The notes beneath the pieces are model-generated. The model saw only the letters and a list, made by a program, of their open reading frames with translations, did no database searches and had not been told where the DNA came from. Shown one piece after another: positions 5,720-16,081 of a DNA stretch of 34,300 bases. This DNA is from a virus (lineage: Duplodnaviria; Caudoviricetes). The first letter of the stretch is position 1. Each line of letters begins with the position of its first letter. Both the position numbers and the translations under genes were made by a program. The stretch spans positions 1-34,300 of the IMG/VR virus record IMGVR_UViG_3300011337_000588. One strand, given 5' to 3'.

Positions 5720-6998
5720 GAAAGAAAGCAGGGTATGCATCCTGTCATCCCGGCAGATAGGCAAGTCATACGTCTCCCGTTGCTATGCCATTGAGTACGC
5801 TATTAAGAACCCGAACATAATCGTGCGGTATCTTGCGCCTACCCTTAAGCAGTGTCACGACATCGTGGCCGATAACTTTGCCAAGATCATTGCCGATGCT
5901 CCGAGTGGCCTCATCGTGTCCAACAAGTCTGCTTACCGCTGGAAGGTCGGAAGCAGTGAGATCAGGCTAGGAGCCCTTGAGAGAGCCCACGTCGACAGTA
6001 ACCGTGGTGGTAACGCCAAACTGGTGATCTACGACGAGTGTGGCTTTGTCGGCTCGGAAGACTTCCAGTACGCCGTTGAGAGTGTCATGTCGGCTCAGCT
6101 CCTGCGCTATGGGGGACGAGAGATCTTCATATCGTCGCCCTCAGACGACCCCGAGCATTACTTGCATCAGGCGGTCATGTCCGAATGTGAGGCTAACAAC
6201 ACCTTGTTCCGCTATACCGTCAACGACTCGCCTTCCATCACCCGTGATCAGATTGAGAAGATTGCTGAAGCCTGTGGTGGCATGGATACCGACACGTTCC
6301 GGCGCGAGTATCTTGCCGAGATTGTAAGATCCCCAGAGAAGCTAGTCGTGCCGACCTTTGACGAGGCTAAGCACGTTACCAAGTGTGAGCCTGTCCATGG
6401 TGCCTTGATGCACTATCAGGCTGATTGGGGCGGGGTGAGGGACAAGACGGTATTCCTTCTCATGGCCTACGATTACTTCCATGACAGGATTCATGTATTC
6501 GAGGAAAAGGTGTTCGATTCCAACACAACAACAGCAGTTGTGCTGGAGTCGCTTAAAGTTTGGGACGTTAAGTATCCCGACCTCTCGCGGTCCATTGACT
6601 GTCCCGGTCAATTGCAGGTGGACTTGGTACAATCCCATAATTTACTTTTCAAAATACCAAATAAAGTTGATTGGCAGGCCAAGATCAACCAGATGAACAT
6701 TCTCTTCTCTCTCGGCAAGATCGACATTCATCCTAGCTGTACGTTCCTCATTCAATCCCTCAAGGGTGGCCGCTTTAACAAGATGAAGACGGACTTCGAG
6801 AGGACGAGGCTTCTTGGTCACTGCGATGCTTTATCTGCCCTTGCCGATGGTATCCGCGAGCTTCCAAAGCAGAACCCTTATCAGGACGCTGTTCAGGATA
6901 CGTTTAACTTTAACGTTGAACGTCACCGGAAGTCTGACGATGCTCCTAGTTTGATCAAAAGTTTCACGGGTGGCTTCAAGAAATTTGGCGGGAAGTAA
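5442..6998 (+). CDS. terL: Terminase large subunit
   Basis: Walker A SRQIGKS, Walker B VIYDE, ISSP coupling motif, FRREYLAE, nuclease motifs ADWGG and HCDALSAL; GGAGG-N8-GTG start. Confidence 0.9.
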   Translation: MTYHRNMTNEERMAYRENQLKNPKPGEYLLGYVIPPPHLRGPEVGTPVDNSALMAKIITGGTGDIKSHLWKLGTLYWKLDSLQQNIRETLLSKKESRVCILSSRQIGKSYVSRCYAIEYAIKNPNIIVRYLAPTLKQCHDIVADNFAKIIADAPSGLIVSNKSAYRWKVGSSEIRLGALERAHVDSNRGGNAKLVIYDECGFVGSEDFQYAVESVMSAQLLRYGGREIFISSPSDDPEHYLHQAVMSECEANNTLFRYTVNDSPSITRDQIEKIAEACGGMDTDTFRREYLAEIVRSPEKLVVPTFDEAKHVTKCEPVHGALMHYQADWGGVRDKTVFLLMAYDYFHDRIHVFEEKVFDSNTTTAVVLESLKVWDVKYPDLSRSIDCPGQLQVDLVQSHNLLFKIPNKVDWQAKINQMNILFSLGKIDIHPSCTFLIQSLKGGRFNKMKTDFERTRLLGHCDALSALADGIRELPKQNPYQDAVQDTFNFNVERHRKSDDAPSLIKSFTGGFKKFGGK

Positions 6999-7381
6999 TG
7001 GCAAAATTTACGATCAACAGGCTTCTGGAAACTAGCAAGTTTATACAAACGGAAGCTGGCTCAGAACTAAGTGATTTCATTGACTATGTTGCTACGTTCA
7101 GCGAACAGACTTTGCGTGGCCTTAGAAACAATCTTTCCTTTGGGGATAACTTTGCTTGCATCATCAAGACGGTCGATGTTGTTCACAATACGGACACGTT
7201 AATTCTTACCGACGGCACTTCTCCCACGGGGATCTTGGTAACTCGCGTAATATCTGCTGTTTACGGTGTAGATTCATTTGCTTGGTGGTTAAACGATAGT
7301 GGTCAGACGGTGGTGAGGGTTGGGTTTTCGGGTGCTCCTACGGAAGCTCTGAAGGTTCGCCTAGTTATATTAACAGCCTAG
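6998..7381 (+). CDS. Hypothetical virion-associated protein
   Basis: Coupled to terL (TAATG). Confidence 0.7.
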   Translation: MAKFTINRLLETSKFIQTEAGSELSDFIDYVATFSEQTLRGLRNNLSFGDNFACIIKTVDVVHNTDTLILTDGTSPTGILVTRVISAVYGVDSFAWWLNDSGQTVVRVGFSGAPTEALKVRLVILTA

Positions 7382-7400
7382 TACCCATGAGGAGACTAAA

Positions 7401-8282
7401 ATGGATCAAGGCGAAGTGTCTGGTGCAGTAGATAGTGGTGGTGGTGAATCTGCTCCTGTTTCTACGGAAGCTCCTGCTTCTGTGGCGGCCGCTGAGAAGA
7501 AGTACAAGTTAAACGTTTATGGTTCCGAAGTTGAGTTAAGCGAGAGTGATTTGGTGCGTGAGGCTCAGAAGGGTTTTGCCGCTGACAAGAAGTGGAAAGA
7601 GGCGAGTGAGTTACACAACAAAGCAAAGCCTGTGCTTGATAAGTTACAAGCTGGTGATTTATCATTCATTTTAGAATCTTTACCGAAAGATAAGATTCGC
7701 GCCTTTGCTGAAGATTACCTGCTTGAGCAACTGGAATGGGATAGCCTTACTCCAGATCAGCAAGAGCATAGGGAACTTAAACGCTTCAAGGAAGAAACGG
7801 ACCGGCAAAGGTTGAGTGAGCGTGAGCGTGCCGAGCAGGATGCTAAGGCTCAGGCTGTGAATCATTGGGCAGAAAAACTTGATACGGAAATAGCTGACGC
7901 GATTACTTCTAGTGGTCGCAAGGTTACTCCGAGGACGGTTAAGAGGATGGCGGAAAATATGCTGGCCTTGCTGGAGAAGCAAGCACCCGGCGATGAGTTT
8001 CGCCCAGTATCGGCTAAGGATGCATTTGGTAGCGCGATCAAGGAACTTGAGACGGACGTTACTGACTACATCGGTGGACTCTCGTTAGAGCAGCTTACGA
8101 ACATTCTACCCAAGGGTTTCTTGGACGAGCTTCGTAGGCAGGATGTTGACCGGGCAATGAAACAGAATCCTACCTACACAAAGCGGCAGGCGGCTGAGAG
8201 TATCCCGACAACGAAGAAGACGAGCAAGATCACTTCAACGGATGATTACATTAAAACTTTAATAAATAAATTCGGGGGATAA
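7401..8282 (+). CDS. Probable capsid scaffolding protein
   Basis: Acidic coiled coil with a YKLNVYGSEVELSESDL motif; lies upstream of the capsid gene; GAGGAG RBS. Confidence 0.65.
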   Translation: MDQGEVSGAVDSGGGESAPVSTEAPASVAAAEKKYKLNVYGSEVELSESDLVREAQKGFAADKKWKEASELHNKAKPVLDKLQAGDLSFILESLPKDKIRAFAEDYLLEQLEWDSLTPDQQEHRELKRFKEETDRQRLSERERAEQDAKAQAVNHWAEKLDTEIADAITSSGRKVTPRTVKRMAENMLALLEKQAPGDEFRPVSAKDAFGSAIKELETDVTDYIGGLSLEQLTNILPKGFLDELRRQDVDRAMKQNPTYTKRQAAESIPTTKKTSKITSTDDYIKTLINKFGG

Positions 8283-8283
8283 T

Positions 8284-8772
8284 ATGTCAGATATGCACTT
8301 ATTTTATTGGCAAGAGCAACTGTACCGGACGCAGCCTCGCATTCTGCGTTTGATGTACAAGATCACGGCTGCAAAGACCGTGGCTCCTATCGTTTCGCCG
8401 ATTCCTGCTTTGGTTTCTTTCGATGCCCTTACTCAGGCTCAGATCGATGCTCAGCTTGGAACTGTGAACGAGTTTTTGGCTGCTGATTTTGACGCGACGG
8501 CTATGGGTGCCGATGCCTTTGGTGGCGTTGTTGCCATGAAGGGTCAATGCGCCAAGGTGCTCGACATGAAGGCTCAGTGCTTCAGCGCGTCGAACACCAT
8601 TGTTACCCGTCAATGTCAGGCTTTGGGTCTGACTGCTTCTACTCTTGAGACGGCTCTTGAGTTGGGTGCTAACGGTAACTTGGGCTTCAAGGTTAACTTT
8701 GGGAACACTCCTGATTTTGACGCTTTGACCGACGGCACAGTCATTATCGACATCACATGGATCAGCAAATAA
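8284..8772 (+). CDS. Structural protein (possible capsid decoration/minor capsid)
   Basis: Between scaffold and capsid genes; GGGGGA RBS. Confidence 0.55.
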   Translation: MSDMHLFYWQEQLYRTQPRILRLMYKITAAKTVAPIVSPIPALVSFDALTQAQIDAQLGTVNEFLAADFDATAMGADAFGGVVAMKGQCAKVLDMKAQCFSASNTIVTRQCQALGLTASTLETALELGANGNLGFKVNFGNTPDFDALTDGTVIIDITWISK

Positions 8773-8799
8773 TTCTTAATACCCGAAGGGGGACGTTAT

Positions 8800-10134
8800 A
8801 TGTCAGCAGTAAGTAATGGCGATGTACTTCAGATTTTTAAGAAAGTTTATGGGGATATCAACAACCTTGTTCCGGAAGATTACGAGCTTGCAAAACTCAT
8901 TCCTTACACGCAGTCGCAGCGTGTTGGTGATGTGTATGTTGAGGCTGTCATTCTGTCCAACGAAGTGGGTCAGACTTGGATGGGCAGTGGTACGGATGCT
9001 TTGGAACTCCAAGCTCCTATTGCGGGTGCTGTAAAGCAGGCAGAGGTTCGCGCCTTTGCTCAGGTTCTTTCCAGCTTGGTTCCCTTTCAGGTGATTTCCC
9101 GTTCGGCTGTTGCAGGCCCGACGGCATTCCTTCAGGCAACGCGCCACATCATTGCAAACAACATTAAGTCTCACGGCAAGTTCCGCGAGATCAGCCGTTT
9201 GTATGGTCAGTCGCCTAACCTGCTCGGTGCTACGTCGTACTACACTGGCACTTACCGTGGCGTGTCCTTTACGTCTGGTACGGGAACTTTGGTTTCTGAC
9301 GTTTACGGCTCGGTTGCTTTCACAAACGGTGTCAATGCCGCTCAGAACTTGATTCTGTTCGACAAGGGTACGTTTGCAGCGGCGATGTGGGTTGGTATGG
9401 AAGGCGTGAAGGTTGCTCAGGTTAACTCCTCGGGCGTTATCTTGGCTTCCGGTCAGCTTGTGAGCGTTGACACGAACCTTGGTATCATCAAGGTGGACTT
9501 CGCTCCGACGGTTGCTACGGGCGTTAATCTTCAGCGCGTGGCTTTCACGGATTCCTTGGATGCTAAAGACATGCTCGGCATGGATTATATCCTTGGTCAG
9601 CGTGGCTCGCTCTTTGGAATTAACAACGCTTCCTTCTCGCTGTTCCGTGGCGGTAGCTACGATGCAATGAGCAAGAAGCTGTCGCTGGAAGTTCTCCAGA
9701 AGGCTTTGGCTCAACAGGTCAACGCTGCCGGGATGGAAGGCGACGTTGTTTGTCACGTGAACCCAAGAAGCTGGTCGAGCCTTGCTCAGACGGAAGCTGG
9801 TGCTCGTCGTTACGACAACAGCTACAAGTCTGCTGAAGCTGAACAGGGCTTTGAGAAGCTCTGTTACTACACTCAGACGGGCAAGATCGAAGTGTCGGCT
9901 AACCGTTACGTCAAGGAAGGCGAGGCATTCATCATGTCTCCTGAGACGTGGAGCCGTTCTGGTTCAGCTCCGATTGGGTTCAACATCCCGGGTCTGGATG
10001 ACTCGCGTTTGATCTACCCAAGCCCGAACCAGACCGCATACATCTTCCGTTCTTACTCGGATGAGTATATCTTCACTGCTATGCCTGCTCGTAACATCAA
10101 GATCATCGGAATTGATGACGAGTCAGCTACCTAA
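8800..10134 (+). CDS. Major capsid protein
   Basis: 444 aa after the scaffold gene, followed by a terminator; N-terminal FKKVYG; biased codon usage. Confidence 0.75.
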   Translation: MSAVSNGDVLQIFKKVYGDINNLVPEDYELAKLIPYTQSQRVGDVYVEAVILSNEVGQTWMGSGTDALELQAPIAGAVKQAEVRAFAQVLSSLVPFQVISRSAVAGPTAFLQATRHIIANNIKSHGKFREISRLYGQSPNLLGATSYYTGTYRGVSFTSGTGTLVSDVYGSVAFTNGVNAAQNLILFDKGTFAAAMWVGMEGVKVAQVNSSGVILASGQLVSVDTNLGIIKVDFAPTVATGVNLQRVAFTDSLDAKDMLGMDYILGQRGSLFGINNASFSLFRGGSYDAMSKKLSLEVLQKALAQQVNAAGMEGDVVCHVNPRSWSSLAQTEAGARRYDNSYKSAEAEQGFEKLCYYTQTGKIEVSANRYVKEGEAFIMSPETWSRSGSAPIGFNIPGLDDSRLIYPSPNQTAYIFRSYSDEYIFTAMPARNIKIIGIDDESAT

Positions 10135-10150
10135 CGTGTAGTTTCTTTCT

Positions 10151-10184
10151 GGGGGGGGGAATTAAAAACTCCCTCCCCTTTTTT
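10151..10184 (+). terminator. Terminator after the capsid gene
   Basis: G9A.../CTCCCTCCCC-T6. Confidence 0.75.
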
Positions 10185-10219
10185 CTTAAATAAACTTTGT
10201 CTTGGAAGGACGCCATCAG

Positions 10220-13200
10220 ATGTCAACACCTGTAACGTGGAACGGCACTACATATAATATTCCTGCGGCTGGCGATTTAAACTGGTCTAGCCTTAGCAAC
10301 TTCTTGATTGCCCTCGGCAACAATGCTGCTGTTGCGGGTGCTGCTACCACCTTTGGTACCCGAGTTGTTACTACAACACCTGATACTGTCGGACCTACCG
10401 ATACTGTTATTCTAAATCAAGTCTCAGCTCCTTCTGTTATTAACTTGCCAACCACTGTCGGAAATTCTGGCCGTATTGTGGTTATTGTAGATGCTTTCAA
10501 CAGTGCTCGTACTTCTAACCGTCCAATTACGATTAATGCCTTCAGTGGCAACTTAATTAACGGATCAGCTACTTACGTTATTAATTCCGATGGTGGAGCA
10601 GTAATTCTTGTTGGCGCAAGTAATTCTTGGGTCATTTTGGGAGCTTACGAAGGCTCGCAGATTCTAAACAGCAGGACCACCGCTACAAGCGCAAATACTG
10701 CAAGTGCAATTGTGGCGAGAGATGCTTCTGGTAATTTTACAGCCGGGACGATTACGGCTGCCCTTAGCGGGAATGCTACAACGGCAACATCTGCAACGAC
10801 AGCGGCTAATCTTTCGGGCAGTAATTTGAGCGGCAGCGTAACAAACGTAGACAATGCAGTAACAATTGCATCGGGCGTTATTACGAATGCCATGGTTAAT
10901 GCCTCCGCTGGAATTGTAGACACAAAGTTAGCAACTATTTCTACGGCTGGTAAGGTTTCTAATTCCGCAACAACAGCAACTAATGCCAACACTGCCAGTG
11001 CAATTGTAGCTCGCGATGCTTCCGGCAACTTCTCGGCTGGTACTATCACGGCAGATCTTTCTGGTAATGCGACTACGGCAACGACCGCAACTAGTGCAAC
11101 AACGGCAACTAGCGCAACATCTGCTGCTAACTTAACTGGTAGCAATTTGACTGGTGACGTTACTAACGTGGCTAACGCCATGACCATCACCGCTGGAACA
11201 ATTACTAATGCAATGGTCAACGCCTCGGCGGGGATTGTTGATACAAAGTTGGCGACGATTTCTACAGCCGGAAAGGTGTCCAACTCGGCTACGACGGCAA
11301 CAAGTGCAAACACAAACAGCGCAATTGTTGCAAGGAACGGCTCGGGTGATTTCTCGGCTGGTGCGGTTACTGTCACCCAATTAAACAGTACGGGCGTGGT
11401 GGGATTGGCTCAAATTGCTACTCCTACGGCTCCACTTTCAACCGTAACTAACGTGTATGCCAAGACGGATGGCAAGATTTACCGTCAAACAAGTGATGGT
11501 GAGTTTGGAATCGGTAGCGGAAGTGGTTCTGGGATTAACTATCTAACGGATTGGAATGACGGCTCAAAGTCAGTCAATTTGGTATCAACGGTTGCGGCGG
11601 CTGGCAACGTATCTGTTACGGGAAGTTACACGACGGCAACTTCTGCTTGGTATGCTGACGCAACTTCAGGGGCGTCGGTTACGGCTGGCTCTTTTGTTGT
11701 AGGAAAAGCCTACGTCATTACGTTTGTTGGCAGTACAAACTTTGTTTCTATCGGTGCTGCTAGTTCCACGGTAGGCGTGACGTTTATTGCAACGGGCGTA
11801 GGCATTGGCACTGGAACCGCTGGTTCTTCCGCAATTTATTCAAACACAAACATAACTTTGCGCGGAACGACAAACTATTTAACTCAGCTTTCCAGTGCGT
11901 CTACTTCCGGGACAACTTTTGTTCAATCTCCAGTTTTCTGTGTAGACGGTACGGATCTTGGCAAAGCTCTTTCGATTCAATTTGACGTTACCGGAAACAC
12001 CACGGCTAATGATTGGGACGTTGTTGCGGTTCGTTACGATAGCGCAGGAACTTTTGTCTCGCTGATTCCGATTGCAGGGATTGTAAGCACGACCACGGGG
12101 ACGGCTTCAGCTCAGTTGCCTACGGGAACGACGACGTTTAGAGGGTTCTTTATCACAAGCTCGACTGCTTCTGATGTCTACGCAATTAGGTGGCGTCGCA
12201 GAAACGCAAGCAATGCCATTCGCCTTGATAGCCTCTTGGTCGGCCCGAATCAGGTGCTTCAGGGTGCGATTGTTACGGATCAAACCAATAGCTATGTCCC
12301 GACAATTACAGGGTCAACCTCAAACCCATCGCTTGGAACGACAACCACCAATATTTCGTATTGGGGTCGTGCTGGCGACAAGATGAGCGGAAATTACAAT
12401 CTCGTTCAAACTACTGCTGGAACAGCAGGGAGCGGGACATATTTAATTTCAATGCCAAGCGGTTACACGATTGACACGGCAAAACTTCCAGCAAACAAAC
12501 CTTCTGTTGGTGTTGCTCATATCTATAACGGAACAAACATTTCCGTTTGCGATGTGTTTGTTTACGACTCTAGCAATCTGATGATTTCTGGAACTTACGG
12601 AGTAGCAGCAGGAGGTGGAGGCGGAGATTGGGGAAGTACCTATTACCCTTTAACCAATGCGTCCACTATCGTTCGCATGAATTTCTCTGTTCCAGTTGTT
12701 GGTTGGGTTTCCAACACCCAGCAGGCAGCTCGTGCGGTTGAGGAGTATGCGTACAATACATCAGCTTGGGGTTCTGATGATTTAACCACTAATAATTTTG
12801 CAAATGGGCCGCAAGGACAGCAAGGAGGAACAACAACACCGGCGACAACTTACTTTCAAAAACGCATCAGGTTTCAATCTCCAATATTGCCGACCGATGC
12901 AATTTTCTTGGAATTATCACCAGATAAAATAGTTTGGACCAGCAAAACAATTGGTCCCGGCACAGGTGTCATTGAATCACTCAGATATGATGGAACTAAT
13001 TACGTCGGAGCAGGACTGTATCAAAATTCAGGTCTTCCAAATACTGATTATTATGTGATGTTTGGGAAATATCAGACGGGAACAAGTTTAGCTTGGAACG
13101 GAACATGGTACTGGCGCGTTCGTAAAGTAAGTTCTGGCGCAGCCGTAGGCTTCCCCGTCGGTGCTCGCAACGTCATCGGTGACACGACTGGGACGACGGT

Positions 13201-13642
13201 TCCGGCTGGATATATTGGGGAGAAGTTAGAAGCTACAATTACTTCTACATTCACCCAAGCCTCGCCTGTAGCTCAAACTATTTATGATGTGACTGGTCTT
13301 AGCATTTCCGTAACTCCCGGTGTTTGGATTATTTCAACATTTGCCGTGGTATCAGTATCAAGCGCAAACACTTCGGTAACTGGTGTTTTATATTTACGAG
13401 ATAGTGCAAACAATAACATTCAGTTTGCAACAGGGAGTCAAGGACATCCGCAAACCCAATTAGGTCAAGCGTCCGCGTTATATATAAGCGAGCCGGTTGT
13501 TGTCTCATCAACGACTACTTATAAAGCTAGTGTTGCAAACAGAAGAACTACTGGAACTGTACAAACAACTCCAACGCTAATGGTTCAAGTTGGTGTTGAC
13601 TATTCAGTTAATGCCTATATCCGCGCAGTCCGTATCGCATGA
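10220..13642 (+). CDS. Long tail fibre / receptor-binding protein
   Basis: ~1140 aa, T/S/A/G-rich, with internal repeats; ATG 10220 after GGAAGGA. Confidence 0.8.
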   Translation: MSTPVTWNGTTYNIPAAGDLNWSSLSNFLIALGNNAAVAGAATTFGTRVVTTTPDTVGPTDTVILNQVSAPSVINLPTTVGNSGRIVVIVDAFNSARTSNRPITINAFSGNLINGSATYVINSDGGAVILVGASNSWVILGAYEGSQILNSRTTATSANTASAIVARDASGNFTAGTITAALSGNATTATSATTAANLSGSNLSGSVTNVDNAVTIASGVITNAMVNASAGIVDTKLATISTAGKVSNSATTATNANTASAIVARDASGNFSAGTITADLSGNATTATTATSATTATSATSAANLTGSNLTGDVTNVANAMTITAGTITNAMVNASAGIVDTKLATISTAGKVSNSATTATSANTNSAIVARNGSGDFSAGAVTVTQLNSTGVVGLAQIATPTAPLSTVTNVYAKTDGKIYRQTSDGEFGIGSGSGSGINYLTDWNDGSKSVNLVSTVAAAGNVSVTGSYTTATSAWYADATSGASVTAGSFVVGKAYVITFVGSTNFVSIGAASSTVGVTFIATGVGIGTGTAGSSAIYSNTNITLRGTTNYLTQLSSASTSGTTFVQSPVFCVDGTDLGKALSIQFDVTGNTTANDWDVVAVRYDSAGTFVSLIPIAGIVSTTTGTASAQLPTGTTTFRGFFITSSTASDVYAIRWRRRNASNAIRLDSLLVGPNQVLQGAIVTDQTNSYVPTITGSTSNPSLGTTTTNISYWGRAGDKMSGNYNLVQTTAGTAGSGTYLISMPSGYTIDTAKLPANKPSVGVAHIYNGTNISVCDVFVYDSSNLMISGTYGVAAGGGGGDWGSTYYPLTNASTIVRMNFSVPVVGWVSNTQQAARAVEEYAYNTSAWGSDDLTTNNFANGPQGQQGGTTTPATTYFQKRIRFQSPILPTDAIFLELSPDKIVWTSKTIGPGTGVIESLRYDGTNYVGAGLYQNSGLPNTDYYVMFGKYQTGTSLAWNGTWYWRVRKVSSGAAVGFPVGARNVIGDTTGTTVPAGYIGEKLEATITSTFTQASPVAQTIYDVTGLSISVTPGVWIISTFAVVSVSSANTSVTGVLYLRDSANNNIQFATGSQGHPQTQLGQASALYISEPVVVSSTTTYKASVANRRTTGTVQTTPTLMVQVGVDYSVNAYIRAVRIA
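10675..11362 (+). repeat. ~2.3 tandem ~100-aa repeats in the tail fibre
   Basis: TATxANTxSAIVARxxSGxFxAG x3 and NAMVNASAGIVDTKLATISTAGKVSNSA x2. Confidence 0.9.
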
Positions 13643-14616
13643 TCCCAACTGTCCGGAAATTCCAGATAGTCGCGTGCCTCGCGGGGTTTATCCTCGCGGG
13701 GTGCGGCCTTCTACCAAGAAATCAAGAAAAATCACGGCAAAAATTAAACCCTGCGTTAGTTGAAAAAGTTGCCCTTTATAAAAGTCTGCAAAAGGATCGC
13801 CTTGATATCCTTGGCTGGGTTCAACCAAAATGCGATTCGCTCCTTTTCACTTCTCTTTGCAAAGTTGCCGGTGGTTGTTCTCAGGCCAACATCTTGATGG
13901 CAAGGGACGAGGCGGGGGCGTGGCATAGGGACTGGCATCGCGACTGTTGGCAGACGGGCGGCAGCGCAAGTACGGTATCCAAGGATATGCTTATGGGCCT
14001 CGCTTATTACGCCGCTTTCGCGGCGGCAAAGCAAGAGGGGTGCCAGATAGCGCAAGGTGTACTTGACTATGCAATTTCGCATAATTTGGTAATGGGTCAG
14101 CCAGCGAGCGAAGTAGGAAGGGTAATAATAACTCCGTCACTAATTCAGGTTTTTTACGATATAGAGGAATTACAATGTCCATCCTCCTCAAGGCTTCTTG
14201 CTGCTCCTCAGATTGATGTTGAGGACATCTTAGATGCTCTACTTGTCCGGCGAGGATTTGCAGCGCATTTACAAGTGCTTCGGATAACGCTAACTGCAAA
14301 ACTAAAAGGTGGGGTGTCAGCTCTTGACTTAGAAGTGCTACGGCGTCTAGCTCAACGGGAAAGCGAAAATGCTTTATTTCAGGCAGCGTATCATAAGTTT
14401 CTTGACGGCATTCAATATACCGCCGAACAGCTTTTACTAGACGAGCGTCGGTTCCCACAGTTTCACCTCCCGGATTTATCTAACTATTGTACTCATTATT
14501 TGTGGCAACGCGACATGGCATCAAGTAGTGGGGTCAATCCTGATTGGCTACCATGTTCAGATGGCAAGTGGGACGGGGTGGACTTTTTGTTCGCCGCTTG
14601 GATGGCTGGCTACTAA
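13639..14616 (+). CDS. Cys-rich lipoprotein of unknown function
   Basis: Signal peptide with an LAGC lipobox; ATGA overlap with the fibre gene. Confidence 0.7.
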   Translation: MIPTVRKFQIVACLAGFILAGCGLLPRNQEKSRQKLNPALVEKVALYKSLQKDRLDILGWVQPKCDSLLFTSLCKVAGGCSQANILMARDEAGAWHRDWHRDCWQTGGSASTVSKDMLMGLAYYAAFAAAKQEGCQIAQGVLDYAISHNLVMGQPASEVGRVIITPSLIQVFYDIEELQCPSSSRLLAAPQIDVEDILDALLVRRGFAAHLQVLRITLTAKLKGGVSALDLEVLRRLAQRESENALFQAAYHKFLDGIQYTAEQLLLDERRFPQFHLPDLSNYCTHYLWQRDMASSSGVNPDWLPCSDGKWDGVDFLFAAWMAGY

Positions 14617-14634
14617 AAAAGGGGGAAATTTCTA

Positions 14635-14838
14635 ATGCCTAGAGTAACTGTTGAACAGATTATGATGACTGTTTTGACGGCTCTTTTGACCTTTGCGGTA
14701 AACTTTCTGAAAGACATGAGCGTGAGCGTAGCGAAACTTAATGTGCAAATGTCGCAAGTGATTGATAGAATAGCTGTAAGTAACGACAAACTAGATGACC
14801 ACGAGTCAAGACTAAGCAATTTGGAGAGAAAAAAATGA
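14635..14838 (+). CDS. Small TM plus coiled-coil protein (holin-like)
   Basis: One TM helix, C-terminal LDDHESRLSNLE; GGGGG RBS. Confidence 0.6.
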   Translation: MPRVTVEQIMMTVLTALLTFAVNFLKDMSVSVAKLNVQMSQVIDRIAVSNDKLDDHESRLSNLERKK

Positions 14839-15149
14839 TGAAAGAAGAAGGCAAAATAGGCGCGTTAAAACTTCTTATTAAAAATATGATGTCCAAGATT
14901 GTTGGTGGGGACGGTGACGACGAGATGCTTGAAGGAGACATTGCAGAAGAAGCTGCTCCTGACGTTGAAGCACACCCGGAAATAGCTTCTCCCGGCGAAG
15001 GTAACGACGACGAGCTAAGGGAAGCACTTGCTCTGGCCTTGGGCGGCAGACGTCCCAAAGCAAAAGCCGTGACGAAAGTATCTTTTGGCTTTATGGGCGA
15101 TGCCGGTAAGAACGATATGCCTAAAATGAAAATGAAGATGAAAAAATGA
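14835..15149 (+). CDS. Acidic hypothetical protein with a KM-repeat tail
   Basis: ATGA coupling on both sides. Confidence 0.65.
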   Translation: MMKEEGKIGALKLLIKNMMSKIVGGDGDDEMLEGDIAEEAAPDVEAHPEIASPGEGNDDELREALALALGGRRPKAKAVTKVSFGFMGDAGKNDMPKMKMKMKK

Positions 15150-16081
15150 CGGTTACAACGGATCAATTCATTGCAAACGTAAAGAGGCGGATCACCATTC
15201 CTGCCTCACAGGCTTTAATGTCCGACGAGGATATTTTGGCTCACGGCGATCACCAAATGAGGGTGCGCGTTTTGCCGATGATTAAATCCATTCGGCAAGA
15301 ATTTTTTGTGGTCAAAAAGGATCAATTAGTCACAATAAACAAGGCGGAGTACAAGATCCCCCACCGGGCGGTTGGAAGAACTCTGCGAGACGTTAAGATG
15401 GTGGATTCCACCGGCAACATCACGGTGGACTTGGTGCAATATGCTGAAGAAGACATTGCATACATTAGCAATTCTGGCGGTTTTGTTCGCCGTGGCTTTT
15501 ATTTCCGCGGCGATAGTATTGTCATTGTTCCAATACCAAACATTAGCACGCTGACCTTAGAGCTTTGGTACGAGTTGCGGCCTAGCAAGATGGTGCCGAC
15601 GGATTATGCGGCGGTGGTGTCTGTAATTGCAGGGAATGTGGTGACTTGCACCAATGTAAGCTCGCAATTTCCGGCAAGCGGCGCGGTCACGGTAGACATC
15701 ATAGATAACTATCAGGGCAACAGCACGACGGCCTACGATTTGGCGGCAACTCGCGCCGGAAACAACTTTACTTTCACCTTGGCGGATCTTCCCAATAGCT
15801 TGGCTGTAGGAAATTACCTTGCCATTGCCGATACGAGTCCGGTGGTTCAACTTCCGGAAGAAGTAACGGTATTTTTAGAGACTTTGACGGCTATTAGAGT
15901 TTGCCATGCGATTGGAGACTTTGAAGGCAAGCAAATTTTAGAGGCAGAAGCTACCGTGGAAGAAACGGCTATGAAAATGATGCTTCAGCCTAGAATCACT
16001 GGCGAGACACAGAAAATTATTAACCGTGATGGTCTACTTCGCAGAAGTAGGTTCAACTTTCGGCGAGGGTTCTTTGGATAA
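15146..16081 (+). CDS. Probable tail adaptor / tail tubular protein A-like
   Basis: Size, position before the large tail gene, and a helical N-terminus followed by EYKIP...LRDV. Confidence 0.55.
   Translation: MTVTTDQFIANVKRRITIPASQALMSDEDILAHGDHQMRVRVLPMIKSIRQEFFVVKKDQLVTINKAEYKIPHRAVGRTLRDVKMVDSTGNITVDLVQYAEEDIAYISNSGGFVRRGFYFRGDSIVIVPIPNISTLTLELWYELRPSKMVPTDYAAVVSVIAGNVVTCTNVSSQFPASGAVTVDIIDNYQGNSTTAYDLAATRAGNNFTFTLADLPNSLAVGNYLAIADTSPVVQLPEEVTVFLETLTAIRVCHAIGDFEGKQILEAEATVEETAMKMMLQPRITGETQKIINRDGLLRRSRFNFRRGFFG

Noticed and set aside
8803-9756. 317-aa antisense ORF in the capsid gene (also 10645..11376 and similar shadows)
   Set aside because: Antisense shadows caused by codon bias of the real genes.
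10675-11362. Fibre repeats as a diversity-generating retroelement TR/VR pair
   Set aside because: In-frame repeats with synonymous, not adenine-specific, differences; no reverse transcriptase in the window.
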